Positions 10,309-20,057 of a DNA stretch of 64,000 nucleotides are shown piece by piece; position 1 is the first letter of the stretch; the number at the start of each line of letters is the position of its first letter. Below the pieces are notes generated by a model. The model was given only the letters and a program-made list of their open reading frames with translations, was not told where the DNA came from and searched no databases. The stretch covers positions 192,001 through 256,000 of the forward strand of contig CAWFKH010000005.1 of assembly GCA_963816355.1 (NCBI GenBank), written 5' to 3'. The translations under genes were made by a program, and so were the position numbers. Origin of the DNA: an uncultured Gemmatimonadales bacterium (GTDB taxonomy: Bacteria > Gemmatimonadota > Gemmatimonadetes > Longimicrobiales > RSA9).

Positions 10309-11394
10309 GTGGCTGCGCCGCGGCGTGGGCGGGGGCTGAGCGGGCGGGACAGCCTGCTGGCGTTGCTGGTGTTCGTGCCGCTGGCCGTAGTGCTGGAGGT
10401 ATGGACGACGGCGGGTCCGATCCCTGTATTCGCGACGTCGGCGCTGGCGATCGTGCCGCTGGCGGGGCTGATGGGGCGGGCCACGGACCGGCTGGCGCGG
10501 CGGCTGGGCGAGGGGATCGGGGGCCTGCTGAACGCGACGTTCGGCAACGCCGCGGAGCTGATCATCGCGGGCCTCGCGCTGCGCGAGGGACTCTACGACC
10601 TGGTGAAGGCGTCGATCACCGGCTCGATCATCGGCAACATCCTTCTCGTCTTCGGCGCGAGCGCGTTGGCGGGAGGGCTGCGGCGCCCGGTTCAGCGCTT
10701 CAACCGGACGGCGGCGAGCCTCGGCTCCACGTTGTTGGTGCTGAGCGCGATCGGTCTGGTGGTCCCAGCGATCTTCCACCTGGTCGCAGGCGGCGCGGCG
10801 GAGCAGGAGCTGAGCCTGGAGATCGCGGTGGTGCTGATGCTGACGTACGTGGTGAGCCTGCGTTTCACGCTCGGCACGCACCGCCACCTGTACGCGGGTG
10901 AGACGGCGCCCGAGGGCGGCGCCGAGGGCGGCTCGCTGTGGTCTCCGCTCCTCCTGCTCCTGCTTGCGACGGGCGGCGTCGCCCTGATGGCGGAGCTGCT
11001 GGTCGGCGCGACGGCGGCGACGGCGCGGGCGCTGGGGTGGAACGACGTCTTCGTCGGCGTCGTTCTGCTGGCGGTGATCGGCAACGCGGCGGAGCACTCG
11101 ACGGCCGTGCTGATGGCGCTGCAGGATCGCATGGACGCCGCGGTCAACATAGCGATCGGCTCGTCGATCCAGGTCGCGCTGTTCGTCGCCCCGCTGCTCG
11201 TGTTCCTCAGCTACGCGGTCGGACCCCGTCCGATGGACCTGCGCTTCACGACCATGGAGGTGGTGGCCGTGGCGATCGCCGTCGCCGTGATCTCCTCGAT
11301 CGCTCACGACGGCGAGTCGAACTACATGGAGGGCGTCCAGCTCCTCGCCGTTTACGTCATCCTCGGCATGGCCTTCTTCGCCCTCCCCGGCTGA
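10309..11394 (+). CDS. cax: Ca2+/H+ antiporter (CaCA family)
   Basis: Two alpha-repeat motifs NATFGNAAE and [28 protein letters not shown]; many TM segments. Confidence 0.93.
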   Translation: MAAPRRGRGLSGRDSLLALLVFVPLAVVLEVWTTAGPIPVFATSALAIVPLAGLMGRATDRLARRLGEGIGGLLNATFGNAAELIIAGLALREGLYDLVKASITGSIIGNILLVFGASALAGGLRRPVQRFNRTAASLGSTLLVLSAIGLVVPAIFHLVAGGAAEQELSLEIAVVLMLTYVVSLRFTLGTHRHLYAGETAPEGGAEGGSLWSPLLLLLLATGGVALMAELLVGATAATARALGWNDVFVGVVLLAVIGNAAEHSTAVLMALQDRMDAAVNIAIGSSIQVALFVAPLLVFLSYAVGPRPMDLRFTTMEVVAVAIAVAVISSIAHDGESNYMEGVQLLAVYVILGMAFFALPG

Positions 11395-11400
11395 CCCGCC

Positions 11401-12288
11401 TCAAACGCCCAACTTCATCGCGACCGGCGCCTCTCCACTGTAGTCATAGAAGCCGCGGCCGGCCTTGCGACCGATGTAGCCGAGGGCGACCATGCGGCCG
11501 AGCAGAGGCGGCGGCGCGAAGCGGGACTCGCGGTACTCCTCGAACATGATCTCGGCGATGCGGTGCAGCGTGTCGATGCCGACGAAATCGCTGAGCGTGA
11601 AGGGCCCCATCGGGTAGGCGGTACCGAGGGTCATCGCCTTGTCGATGTCCTCGATCGAGCCGACGCCCTGCTCAAGCGCTCGAATCGCATCGATCATGTA
11701 GGGGACGAGGAGGCGGTTGACGATGAAGCCGGACGTGTCCTTCGCCTCGATGGGCTCCTTGCCGAGCGAGGCCGCGAAGTCGTATGCGCGGCGGAAGGTC
11801 TCCTCGCTCGTCGCGATCGTGCGCACGACCTCGACGAGCTTCATCACCGGCACGGGGTTGAAGAAATGCAGCCCGACGACGCGGTCCGGCCGCCGGGTCG
11901 CGGCGGCCATGGCGGTGATGGTGAGCGAGCTGGTGTTGCTCGCGAAGATGGTGTCCGGCCCGCACGCATCGTCGAGCGTACGGAACATCGTGTTCTTCAG
12001 CTCGAGGTCCTCGGTGACGGCCTCGATGACGATGTCGGCGCCGGCGAGCGCCTCGAGATCGGTGGTGGGATGGATGCGGGAGAGGGCGGCGTCGCGCTCC
12101 TCGGCGGGCAGCTTGCCCTTCTCGACGGCGCGGCCGAGGCTCTTCTCGATCGCGCCGACGCCCTTCTTCACGAGATCCTCCGTCAGCTCGCGCACCCACG
12201 TCTCGTAGCCGGCGCGCGCCGAGACCTCGACGATGCCGCGCCCCATGAGTCCGCAGCCGAGGACGGCGACCCGTTCGATCTCCGCCAT
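11401..12288 (-). CDS. 3-hydroxybutyryl/3-hydroxyacyl-CoA dehydrogenase
   Basis: GCGLMGRG, ASNTSSL, GLHFFNPVPVMKLVE, GFIVNR, PMGPF; GGAGGA RBS. Confidence 0.94.
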   Translation of the reverse strand: MAEIERVAVLGCGLMGRGIVEVSARAGYETWVRELTEDLVKKGVGAIEKSLGRAVEKGKLPAEERDAALSRIHPTTDLEALAGADIVIEAVTEDLELKNTMFRTLDDACGPDTIFASNTSSLTITAMAAATRRPDRVVGLHFFNPVPVMKLVEVVRTIATSEETFRRAYDFAASLGKEPIEAKDTSGFIVNRLLVPYMIDAIRALEQGVGSIEDIDKAMTLGTAYPMGPFTLSDFVGIDTLHRIAEIMFEEYRESRFAPPPLLGRMVALGYIGRKAGRGFYDYSGEAPVAMKLGV

Positions 12289-12368
12289 TCTATCCTCCGT
12301 TCGGTGAATTCGGTTCCGGTCGAGCGTGGGAATATGCGGCGGCGGAGTGCAGGCTTCAACCGGGCGGT

Positions 12369-13322
12369 CTACTCCCGGCTGGTGCGCGGGTTCAGGGCGC
12401 GGTCGAGGCGACGTCGCCACGCCGGCGCCTCTCCCGTGAGCCGATCGCCACGCTCCGCGCGGTCGAGCAGCCCTTCCGCCTCGTTGCGGAAGCCAGCCTT
12501 GAGGTTGCGGAACCAGGCGCGCGCGGCCGCCATGCCCACGCCGAGGCCGCCGGCCGCGCCGAGCGTCGCGCCGAGGCCGAGCACGCCGAAGAAGGCGACG
12601 GGATCGGGAAAGGTCGCACCGGTGGCGATGCCGATGCCGACCGCGAGCGCGCTGCCGGCCACCGCCCCGCCCGCGGCGCCGATGCCGATGCCGGTGGCGA
12701 GGGCGGCGCGACGGCGGTCGGAGAGGTCGACGTCAATGCGCAGGTGCGATCGCTCGAGGGGAGGCTGTACGGCCCCGGTGTCGGGACCGCCCTCGCGGGC
12801 GCCTGCGTCGCCCGCCTGCTCGCCGGCGCCGGCGACCTCGTCGCCGAGCGAGCGGACGGTGAGGGAGACGCCGCGGGCGCGGGCGAGAGCGTGCTCGCCG
12901 GCCCCGCGGCGGAAGGCGCGGCCGACCTTGGAGAGCAGGTCCTCCGCCGGCGCGAAGGAGGCGCGCCCCTCACGACGCCGCACGAGGCGCAGGTATTCCT
13001 CGGCGGAGAAATAGTCGGCGAAGCGGTCGAGCACGTCGCCAGGCGCGCCGGGCACGGCCCGGGACGCGACGATCACCGCGGCCCCGAGGCGGCGGTCGCT
13101 CCAGGTGGCGCGCGCGTCCGCCTGCAGCTCGTAGAGGGCCTGCCGGACGTAGCGCGCCGGGAGCCCGACCTCGCCGGCGATGCGGATCAGCTCCCCTTCG
13201 GAGAGGCGGTCCTCGGAGTCGACGTTGGCTGTGGCGAGCTCCGTGGCGCGCCGGAGCACGACCTCCATCTGGTGGCGCGTGACGCCACTCGCCTCCCCGC
13301 CCGGACGTGAGGGCTCGGCCAT
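12369..13322 (-). CDS. Hypothetical membrane protein
   Basis: Soluble N-terminal part plus two Gly/Ala-rich hydrophobic segments; 14 bp downstream of the slipin gene. Confidence 0.75.
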   Translation of the reverse strand: MAEPSRPGGEASGVTRHQMEVVLRRATELATANVDSEDRLSEGELIRIAGEVGLPARYVRQALYELQADARATWSDRRLGAAVIVASRAVPGAPGDVLDRFADYFSAEEYLRLVRRREGRASFAPAEDLLSKVGRAFRRGAGEHALARARGVSLTVRSLGDEVAGAGEQAGDAGAREGGPDTGAVQPPLERSHLRIDVDLSDRRRAALATGIGIGAAGGAVAGSALAVGIGIATGATFPDPVAFFGVLGLGATLGAAGGLGVGMAAARAWFRNLKAGFRNEAEGLLDRAERGDRLTGEAPAWRRRLDRALNPRTSRE

Positions 13323-13336
13323 CGGATCCTCCGCGC

Positions 13337-14332
13337 TCAGGGGCTGGGCAGCGGCGGCTTCGCGTCGCGGCCGGAGGTCGGCGCGCGCGCGCGGGGGTCA
13401 CCGCCGGCGAGCTCGGCGTCGCCGCCCGCAGGCGGGCTCTTGGCGACCTCGTCGAGCGGCTCACCGGACTTCAGGCGGCGGCCCTTTTCGCCCACGAGAC
13501 CGGAGGCGATCTCGTCGAGCTGCTCGATCTCCTCGAGCTCCTCGTCGACGGGGACCGGCGCGGGCGCCTCCGCCTCTTCGGCGCCCGCGAACTTGCGCAG
13601 CAGCGGCGTGAAGAGGTCGATCGGGATCGGGAAGAGCGTCGTGGAGTTGTTCTCGGCCGCGATCTCGGACACGGTCTGCAGGAAGCGGAGCTGGAGCGCG
13701 GCGGGATGGCGGCCGATGACGACGGCGGCCTTGGCGAGCTTCGCGGAAGCCTGGAACTCGCCCTCCGCAGCGATCACCTTGGCGCGCCGCTCGCGCTCGG
13801 CCTCGGCCTGCTTCGCCATGGCTCGCTTCATCTCCTGCGGCAGGTCGATGTCCTTCACCTCGACGGCGGTGACATCGATGCCCCACGGATCGGTGCCTTC
13901 GTCGATGATCTCACGCAGGATCTTGTTGATGTGCTCGCGCTCGGAGAGGAGCTGGTCCATCTCCGCCTGGCCCACCACGCTGCGCAGCGTGGTCTGGGCG
14001 AGCTGGCTCGTGGCGAAGAGGTAGTCCTCGATCTCGATCACCGCCTTCACCGCGTCGGTGACGCGGAAGTAGACGACCGCGTTGACTTTCACCGAGACGT
14101 TGTCGCGCGTGATCACGTCCTGCGGCGGGATGTCCATGGCGACGATGCGCAGCGGCACCTTCACCATGCGCTCGACGCCCAGCGGCACGAGGAAGATCAG
14201 CCCCGGCCCGCGCGGCCGCGTGAGGCGCCCGAGACGAAAGACGACACCCCGTTCGTACTCGCGCAGCACGCGCAGACTCGACAGGACGAGCCCGGCGGCG
14301 AAGATGCCGGCAGGGATCAATAGCTCGAGCAT
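13337..14332 (-). CDS. SPFH/stomatin (slipin) family protein
   Basis: [52 protein letters not shown]. Confidence 0.95.
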   Translation of the reverse strand: MLELLIPAGIFAAGLVLSSLRVLREYERGVVFRLGRLTRPRGPGLIFLVPLGVERMVKVPLRIVAMDIPPQDVITRDNVSVKVNAVVYFRVTDAVKAVIEIEDYLFATSQLAQTTLRSVVGQAEMDQLLSEREHINKILREIIDEGTDPWGIDVTAVEVKDIDLPQEMKRAMAKQAEAERERRAKVIAAEGEFQASAKLAKAAVVIGRHPAALQLRFLQTVSEIAAENNSTTLFPIPIDLFTPLLRKFAGAEEAEAPAPVPVDEELEEIEQLDEIASGLVGEKGRRLKSGEPLDEVAKSPPAGGDAELAGGDPRARAPTSGRDAKPPLPSP

Positions 14333-14422
14333 GATTCAGCTCCTTCGCTGAAAGAGGGGGCGACGCTCGTTCACGTCGCCTCGTGGCCGCTCCGTCGGGC
14401 CGCGCGGCCGTCCGCGGGTGCC

Positions 14423-14521
14423 GTCCAGGTGAGCGCCCCGCCGCGTCAGGGGAGCGCCCCGCCGCGTCAGGGGAGCGCCCCGCCTCGCCAGGGATGCGCC
14501 CCGCCCCGTCAGGAGAGCGCC
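14423..14521. repeat. 21-bp tandem repeat GTCAGGGGAGCGCCCCGCCGC, about 4.5 copies
   Basis: Units at 14423, 14445, 14466, 14487, 14508; the last overlaps the thiolase stop codon. Confidence 0.85.
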
Positions 14522-15717
14522 TCCACGACGACGGCCATGCCCTGTCCGCCGCCGATGCACGCGCTGCCGAGGCCGAAGCGCGCGCCGCGCCGCCGCAGCT
14601 CGTGCAGCAGGTGGACGGTGATGCGAGCGCCGGACGCGGCCAACGGGTGAGTCAAGGCGATCGCGCCCCCGTCGACGTTCGTGCGGCTCATGTCCAGCTC
14701 GAGTTCGCGGGCGACGGCGGCGACCTGCGGAGCGAACGCTTCGTTCACCTCGACGATCGCCATGTCGGTGAAGCCGAGCCCCGCCTTCTCGAGCGCCCGG
14801 CGGCTCGCCGGGGCGGGGCCGATCCCCATGATGTCCGGATCGACGCCGGCCACGCCCCACGAGACGAGTCGGCCGAGCGGCTTCGCGCCGTTCCGCTCCG
14901 CCCATGCCGCGCTGGAGAGGAGGACGGCCGCGGCGCCGTCGCCGATGCCGCTCGCGTTGCCCGCGGTGACCAGGCCGTCCTTCTTGAAGTACGGGCGCAG
15001 CGCGCCGAGTGCTTCGCGCGTGGTCCCCGGCCGCATATGCTCGTCCGTGCGGAATTCGACCTCGCCTTTGCGCGTCTTGACCATGATCGGTGCGATCTCG
15101 GCGTCGAAGCGGCCTTCGGCCCACGCCGCCTCGGCGCGGCGCTGAGACTGGAACGCGACCTCGTCGGCCTCCTCGCGCGTGACGCCGTACTTGTCGGCGA
15201 GCCGCTCCGCGGTCTGGGCCATGGAGAGGCCGCACTGCGTATCGGTGAGCGCCTGCCACAGCAGGTCCTCGAAGAAGCCGCCCGCGTCTCCGAGGCGCAG
15301 CGCGCCCCAGCGAGCGCCGCGCACCACGTGCGGCGCCTGGCTCATCGACTCCGCACCGCCGCAGAGACAGACCTCCGCCTGCCCGAGCAGGATCTGCATC
15401 GCGCCTTGCGCGATCGCCTCGAAGCCGGAGCCGCACAGCCGGTTCACCGTCAACGCGGGCACGTCGTTCGGAACGCCCGCGCGCAGCCCCACGTGGCGCG
15501 CGAGGTAGATGGCGTCGGCGGAGGTCTGCAGCGCGTTGCCGAAGAAGACGTGCTCGACGATGTCCGCGGAGACGCCGGCGCTGTCGAGCGCGGCGCGCGC
15601 GGCCTCGACGCCGAGGTCCGTGGCGGTGAAATCCTTCAGCGTTCCGCCGAACGTGCCGAACGGCGTGCGACGCGCGGCGAGGAAGACGACGTCGGTCGGT
15701 TGATTCTGGGTAGCCAT
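14509..15717 (-). CDS. Acetyl-CoA C-acyltransferase (thiolase)
   Basis: RTPFG, NRLCGSG, TAGNASGIGDGAAA, NEAFA, GGAIALTHP, ACIGGGQG. Confidence 0.95.
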   Translation of the reverse strand: MATQNQPTDVVFLAARRTPFGTFGGTLKDFTATDLGVEAARAALDSAGVSADIVEHVFFGNALQTSADAIYLARHVGLRAGVPNDVPALTVNRLCGSGFEAIAQGAMQILLGQAEVCLCGGAESMSQAPHVVRGARWGALRLGDAGGFFEDLLWQALTDTQCGLSMAQTAERLADKYGVTREEADEVAFQSQRRAEAAWAEGRFDAEIAPIMVKTRKGEVEFRTDEHMRPGTTREALGALRPYFKKDGLVTAGNASGIGDGAAAVLLSSAAWAERNGAKPLGRLVSWGVAGVDPDIMGIGPAPASRRALEKAGLGFTDMAIVEVNEAFAPQVAAVARELELDMSRTNVDGGAIALTHPLAASGARITVHLLHELRRRGARFGLGSACIGGGQGMAVVVEALS

Positions 15718-15741
15718 CAGGAGTCTCCCGGAGATCCGAGT

Positions 15742-16803
15742 TCAGGGTGTCGGTTCAATGGCGGCGGTGGCGGCCTCCGCCACCCAGTCGCCCACTTCGC
15801 CGGTGCGCAGGGAGCCACCGAGGTCCGCCGTGGTGTGGCGCGTGGCGATCGCGCGGCGGACCGCCGCTTCGATGCGGGCGGCCGCGGGGAGCGCACCGAC
15901 GTGCTCGAGCAGCATGGCACCGCTCAGGATCGCGGCGAGCGGATTCGCCCGGCCCTGCCCGGCGATGTCCGGCGCCGAGCCGTGCACCGGCTCGAAGACG
16001 CCAATACGCCCGGGGTGCAGGTTGGCGGAAGGCGCGAGCCCGAGCCCGCCCACCACGCCCGCCGCGAGGTCGCTGAGAATGTCGCCGAACAGGTTCCCCG
16101 CGACGATCACTTCGTAGCGCTGCGGCCGGCGCACGAGGTCCATCGCGAGCATGTCGACGTAGAGCGCCTCCTGCTCGATGCCGGAGTACTCCGCTCCGAC
16201 CTCGCGGAAGACCCGGCGCCACAGGTCGCCGGCGTGGCGCATCGCGTTGGCCTTGTCGGCGAGCGTGACGCGACCGCGGCCACGGGCGGCGGCGTGGTCG
16301 AAGGCGGCGCGAACGATCCGCTCCACGCCCTTGCGCGTGTTGACGTCCTCTTCGAACGCGAGCTCGTCCGGCGTGCCACGCTTGAAGCTGCCGCCGACGC
16401 CGACGTAGATCCCTTCCGTGTTCTCGCGGAAGATCACCAGGTCGATCCCTTCCGGCTCGCGCAGCGGCGACAGCGCCGCGTCGAAGAGGCGGACGGGCCG
16501 CAGGTTGACGTAGAGGTCGAGCCGGAAGCGCATGCCGAGGAGGATGTCGCGCGCGTGCGCGCTGTCCGGCACCCGCGGATCGCCCAGGGCGCCGAGCAAG
16601 ACCGCGTCGTAGCCGGCGAGGCGCTCCATCTCGTCGTCCGTGACGGAGACGCCCGTGCGCAGGTAGCGCTCCGCGCCGAGGTCCCATGCGTCGAAGTCGA
16701 GATGGAGGGCGTGGAGCGGCGCGACGGCGCGCAGCACCTTCACGGCTTCCGGGACGACCTCCGTCCCGATTCCGTCCCCTGGAATGACGGCGATCCTTGC
16801 CAC
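15742..16803 (-). CDS. Isocitrate/isopropylmalate dehydrogenase family protein (LeuB-like)
   Basis: IPGDGIG, RENTEG, DKAN, NLFGDILSD, EPVHGSAPDIAG, ANP. Substrate uncertain. Confidence 0.92.
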   Translation of the reverse strand: MARIAVIPGDGIGTEVVPEAVKVLRAVAPLHALHLDFDAWDLGAERYLRTGVSVTDDEMERLAGYDAVLLGALGDPRVPDSAHARDILLGMRFRLDLYVNLRPVRLFDAALSPLREPEGIDLVIFRENTEGIYVGVGGSFKRGTPDELAFEEDVNTRKGVERIVRAAFDHAAARGRGRVTLADKANAMRHAGDLWRRVFREVGAEYSGIEQEALYVDMLAMDLVRRPQRYEVIVAGNLFGDILSDLAAGVVGGLGLAPSANLHPGRIGVFEPVHGSAPDIAGQGRANPLAAILSGAMLLEHVGALPAAARIEAAVRRAIATRHTTADLGGSLRTGEVGDWVAEAATAAIEPTP

Positions 16804-16883
16804 GCCTGAAGATAGCGAGGCCCGAAGCGCGGTGCTACCGAGGATCGGGGCCAGGGGCGGGCAGGGCGAGGGCGAGACGCGCG

Positions 16884-16970
16884 GGCGCGGCGGGCCGCTT
16901 CACCGCTCGGGCGCGGCGGGCCGCTTCACCGCTCAGGCGCGGCGGGCCGCTTCACCGCTCAGGCGCGGCG
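16884..16970. repeat. 26-bp tandem repeat GGCGCGGCGGGCCGCTTCACCGCTC(A/G) x3
   Basis: Units at 16884, 16910, 16936; includes the stop codon of the cupredoxin ORF. Confidence 0.9.
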
Positions 16971-17407
16971 ACCGTCAGGCGGCCGGCGCCGCCGTGGGCG
17001 AGGCATTGGAACGGGTAATCCCCGGGTGGTGCGCCGTCGAGCGCGACCACCCACGTGGCGCCGCGCTCGATGAGCGGCGGGCCGCTCACCTGGTTCGTAC
17101 GCGCGAGGAAGGCGCGAGCGACGGCCGGCATCGCCGCGGTGTCGAACGCGACGGCGTGGGTGAGCGCGTCTCCTGCGACGAAGCGGACGGCGTCGCCGGG
17201 ACGGGCCCGGACGGAGGCCGGGTCGATCCGCTCGCGACCGTCACCGCCGCTGAGGCGCACGTCGTGGACGCGGGCGCCCGCCGGCAGCGTGACGACCCCG
17301 CTGTCGAGCTCGACGGTGCCCCCCGCCTCTGCGCCTCCCCGGGCGCCACGCCCGCAGCCGAGGAGCAGGCCCGCCGCGAGGATCGAAAAAACGACGCCGG
17401 AGCGCAC
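16952..17407 (-). CDS. Cupredoxin/plastocyanin-like lipoprotein
   Basis: Lipobox-like LLLGC; DPASVRARPGDAVRF, THAVAFD, PGDYPFQCLAH. Start GTG 17407 or further upstream (17446). Confidence 0.75.
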   Translation of the reverse strand: MRSGVVFSILAAGLLLGCGRGARGGAEAGGTVELDSGVVTLPAGARVHDVRLSGGDGRERIDPASVRARPGDAVRFVAGDALTHAVAFDTAAMPAVARAFLARTNQVSGPPLIERGATWVVALDGAPPGDYPFQCLAHGGAGRLTVAAPER

Positions 17408-17447
17408 CGCGGCGGCGCGCTCCGGCGTCGTTCGACGGCCGGACAAG

Positions 17448-17942
17448 TCAGGACTTGTGGTGACTGATCGCGTAGATGTAGGCCGCCACGTCGTGGATCT
17501 GCTTGTCGGTGAGCTGGGCGCCGCCCATCGGCGGCATCGGGGCCGGGTGCTCCTTCGGATTCGGCACGCCGGTCTTGACCGTGCTCATGATCGACTGATA
17601 GCTGCCATCGATGTTGATCCAGACGGAATCCGTCTGGTTCGGCGCGAGGGCGGTGCCCTTCGCGTCGGGACCGTGACAGGTATAGCAGTTTCCCACGCCG
17701 CTGAAGATCTGCTGGCCCTGCTGTACGTCCTCCGCCGTGGCACCCTCCGGAATCTCACCGATCTCCGGCCCCTGCTGCGTCGTGGCCGACGCCATCTGGT
17801 TCGCATCGGCTGCGGGCGCGCTCGCCTCAGCCGCGGGCTGCTCCGTCTCCGCCCCCTGCTGGTCGCCTCCACCGCCACACGCCGCAGCCGTCACGCTCAC
17901 ACCGAGCGCGGCTACGACCAGACTCCACTTGCTCGTACGCAT
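17448..17942 (-). CDS. Monoheme cytochrome c lipoprotein
   Basis: Signal peptide ending AAAC, heme motif CYTCH, distal Met in MPPMGG; strong GGAGGAGGAG RBS. Confidence 0.92.
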   Translation of the reverse strand: MRTSKWSLVVAALGVSVTAAACGGGGDQQGAETEQPAAEASAPAADANQMASATTQQGPEIGEIPEGATAEDVQQGQQIFSGVGNCYTCHGPDAKGTALAPNQTDSVWINIDGSYQSIMSTVKTGVPNPKEHPAPMPPMGGAQLTDKQIHDVAAYIYAISHHKS

Positions 17943-18180
17943 CTCCTCCTCCTCCGTTGTGGCCCGCCTCTGAAGTTGCCGCGCCGATCAGGACGCCGCT
18001 GCAATCGCCTTGCCAGGGCGCGAGAAGATAGAGGAGCCTCGCGGGAAGCGTCAAGCAGTCGGCGCATCCGGTTTGGCGATCCGGCGCAAGCCACGGACGC
18101 ACGGGAGACTCCGGACCGCGTGGAGTGGACGCCGATCGCGAAAACGGGGCTCTCGCTGCCTCACGGGGGTTCGACCGGCC

Positions 18181-18444
18181 GGTCGGCGAGGCGCGGCGGC
18201 CGGGTCGGCGAGGCGCGGGGCGGGGGTCGGCGAGGCGCGGCGGCCGGGTCGGCGAGGCGCGGGGCGGGGGTCGGCGAGGCGCGGCGGCCGGGTCGGCGAG
18301 GCGCGGGGCGGGGGTCGGCGAGGCGCGGCGGCCGGGTCGGCGAGGCGCGGGGCGGGGGTCGGCGAGGCGCGGCGGCCGGGTCGGCGAGGCGCGGGGCGGG
18401 GGTCGGCGAGGCGCGGCGGCCGGGTCGGCGAGGCGCGGGGCGGG
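18181..18444. repeat. Perfect 44-bp tandem repeat x6 built from alternating 22-mers
   Basis: GGTCGGCGAGGCGCGG followed strictly alternately by CGGCCG or GGCGGG; 12 half-units. Confidence 0.95.
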
Positions 18445-18493
18445 CCGCTCGACGGCCCCGCCGCGGGGGGCGCGCGCGCCGCCCGCAATCGCC

Positions 18494-18825
18494 GTCAACT
18501 CAGCCCCGCCGGCCGCCAATTCCGGTCCGGGGCAGATCAGACCGCGTGAGGCGCGGTCGCGATGGCCCCGCGAGGGTGCGGCTTGGGGCGCGGGGCAGAG
18601 TTGACCGCGCTCGGGGCCGTCCAGTGTGCCCCACGCCGGGATGCGTCCGGCGACGGGGCGTTTTGACGTCCCCCGGCGCCGGCTCGACCCACACAGAACT
18701 GCGAGGCGGCCCAAAACAGGGCTCACCCGGGAGGAGTCTGCCGCCGAGGTCGTGTGCTCGCTCCCCGTGCTCGGTGAGCGTGCTTGTTTGCCGAAAGGGC
18801 ACGACTCAACGACCAAGCGCGCTCC
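18494..18825 (+). ncRNA. Structured non-coding region resembling HEARO/IscB omega-RNA
   Basis: GTCAACTC-A-GCCCCGC pairs with GCGGGGC-A-GAGTTGAC (18494-18605); then GACC...hairpin...CACG, CGCCGGG/CCCGGCG stem, GGCGGC..AAAACAG..GAGT..GCCGCC, and a GAAA tetraloop stem. Family call is by recall only. Confidence 0.45.
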
Positions 18826-18986
18826 CCGCGCTCGGTGGGTGAGCGGGCGGGCGTCCTGCGCGCGGGCATGCGGCGCATGCGGGGCGCGCGGAGCCGCGGG
18901 GCGCGCGGGGCCGCGGGGCGCGCGGAGCCGCGGGGCGCGGAGCGCGCGGGGCGCGGGCCCGCGGGAGGCGCTGGGCCTTGTGGGCG

Positions 18987-20021
18987 TCAGGAAGCCGGTG
19001 GCGGACGGACCGGTCGGCCGCACGCGATGCAGTAGCTCCAGCCGGGCTCGACCGGCTCACCGCAGGAGCCGCAGGGGCGGGTCCGCTGGTCCACGCCGCA
19101 GTGGGGGCAGTAGTGGACCGCGCGTGCGGCCGGCAGCCTTCCGCGGCAGGCGGGGCAGCTCGCGGCCGCGACCGCCGCGCGGCCGCCCTGCGAAACCCCA
19201 GGTCCGCCGGACGGCGTGATGCGGGGTCCGCGGGGCGGCGTGGGTCCGGCGATTTCCGGCAGCGCGGCGCGGGGTCCGCCCGGCAGCGCGGCGCGGGGTC
19301 CGCCCGGCAGCGCGGCGCGGGGTCCGCCCAGCGGCGCGGCGCGGGGTCCGCCCGGGGGCGCGGCGCGGGGTCCGCCCGGGGGCGCGGTGCGAGGGCCGTC
19401 GGGCGGTGCGGGACGGACGACGCCCGGGGGCGTGGCGCGAGAGGCGTCGGGTGCGGTGCCGGCGCCGGCCGGCACGCCGGCGCCAGAGGCGTCGGGTGCG
19501 GAGGCGGGCGGGCCGGCCGGGGTGCCGGGGTGCGGCGCCGGCGGTGAGGCCGGGCCGGGAGGGGGAAGCGCGTGAGGCGGCGCGACGTGCTCGGACGCCG
19601 GTGCGGGTGCGGGTGCGGTTGGCTCCTGCGCCGGCGCTGGCTCGCTCGCCGCTCGATCGGGCGTCGTCGCCGAGCTGACGCCGCCGCCCTCCCGCAGCGG
19701 GCGGATCCAGACATCGCACGCCGCGAACTTGCGGTAGAGTGTCACGTTGGGGCTGGGCGACTGCAGCTCGCGGCGGACCTCGTCGCGGGCCCCCTCGGGC
19801 TCGAGGCGCGCGCGGTCGTCGAGGCCGGAGAGGAGGCCGAGCAGCGCGTGCTCGTAGTCGGCGTTGAGGTCGACGCCGATCACCTCACGGGCGTTCCGGT
19901 ACGGCGCGAGGTCCTGGTAGATCTCGGCGACGGTGATCGGCTGGTCGAACGGGGTCGGACGGCTCCCTTCGAGCGCGCCGACGAGGAAGCGGTGCAGGCG
20001 CGCGACGACTTCACGATTCAT
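18987..20021 (-). CDS. Double zinc ribbon domain protein with a Pro-rich linker
   Basis: C-terminal CPAC, CPHC, CGSC, CIAC; linker has 24-bp (PGGPRAAL) repeats at about 19260-19390. Confidence 0.85.
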   Translation of the reverse strand: MNREVVARLHRFLVGALEGSRPTPFDQPITVAEIYQDLAPYRNAREVIGVDLNADYEHALLGLLSGLDDRARLEPEGARDEVRRELQSPSPNVTLYRKFAACDVWIRPLREGGGVSSATTPDRAASEPAPAQEPTAPAPAPASEHVAPPHALPPPGPASPPAPHPGTPAGPPASAPDASGAGVPAGAGTAPDASRATPPGVVRPAPPDGPRTAPPGGPRAAPPGGPRAAPLGGPRAALPGGPRAALPGGPRAALPEIAGPTPPRGPRITPSGGPGVSQGGRAAVAAASCPACRGRLPAARAVHYCPHCGVDQRTRPCGSCGEPVEPGWSYCIACGRPVRPPPAS

Positions 20022-20057
20022 TGCGGGGCGTTCCGTGGATGGGTGGGAGCGATCGCG

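Noticed and set aside
18181..18444. CRISPR array
   Set aside because: The variable parts are only 6 bp and alternate between two sequences; there are no unique spacers and no cas genes.
18494..18845. RNase P RNA, tmRNA or SRP RNA
   Set aside because: I could not find their hallmark motifs (GAGGAAAGTCC, tRNA-like ends, the SRP GGAA loop context) on either strand.
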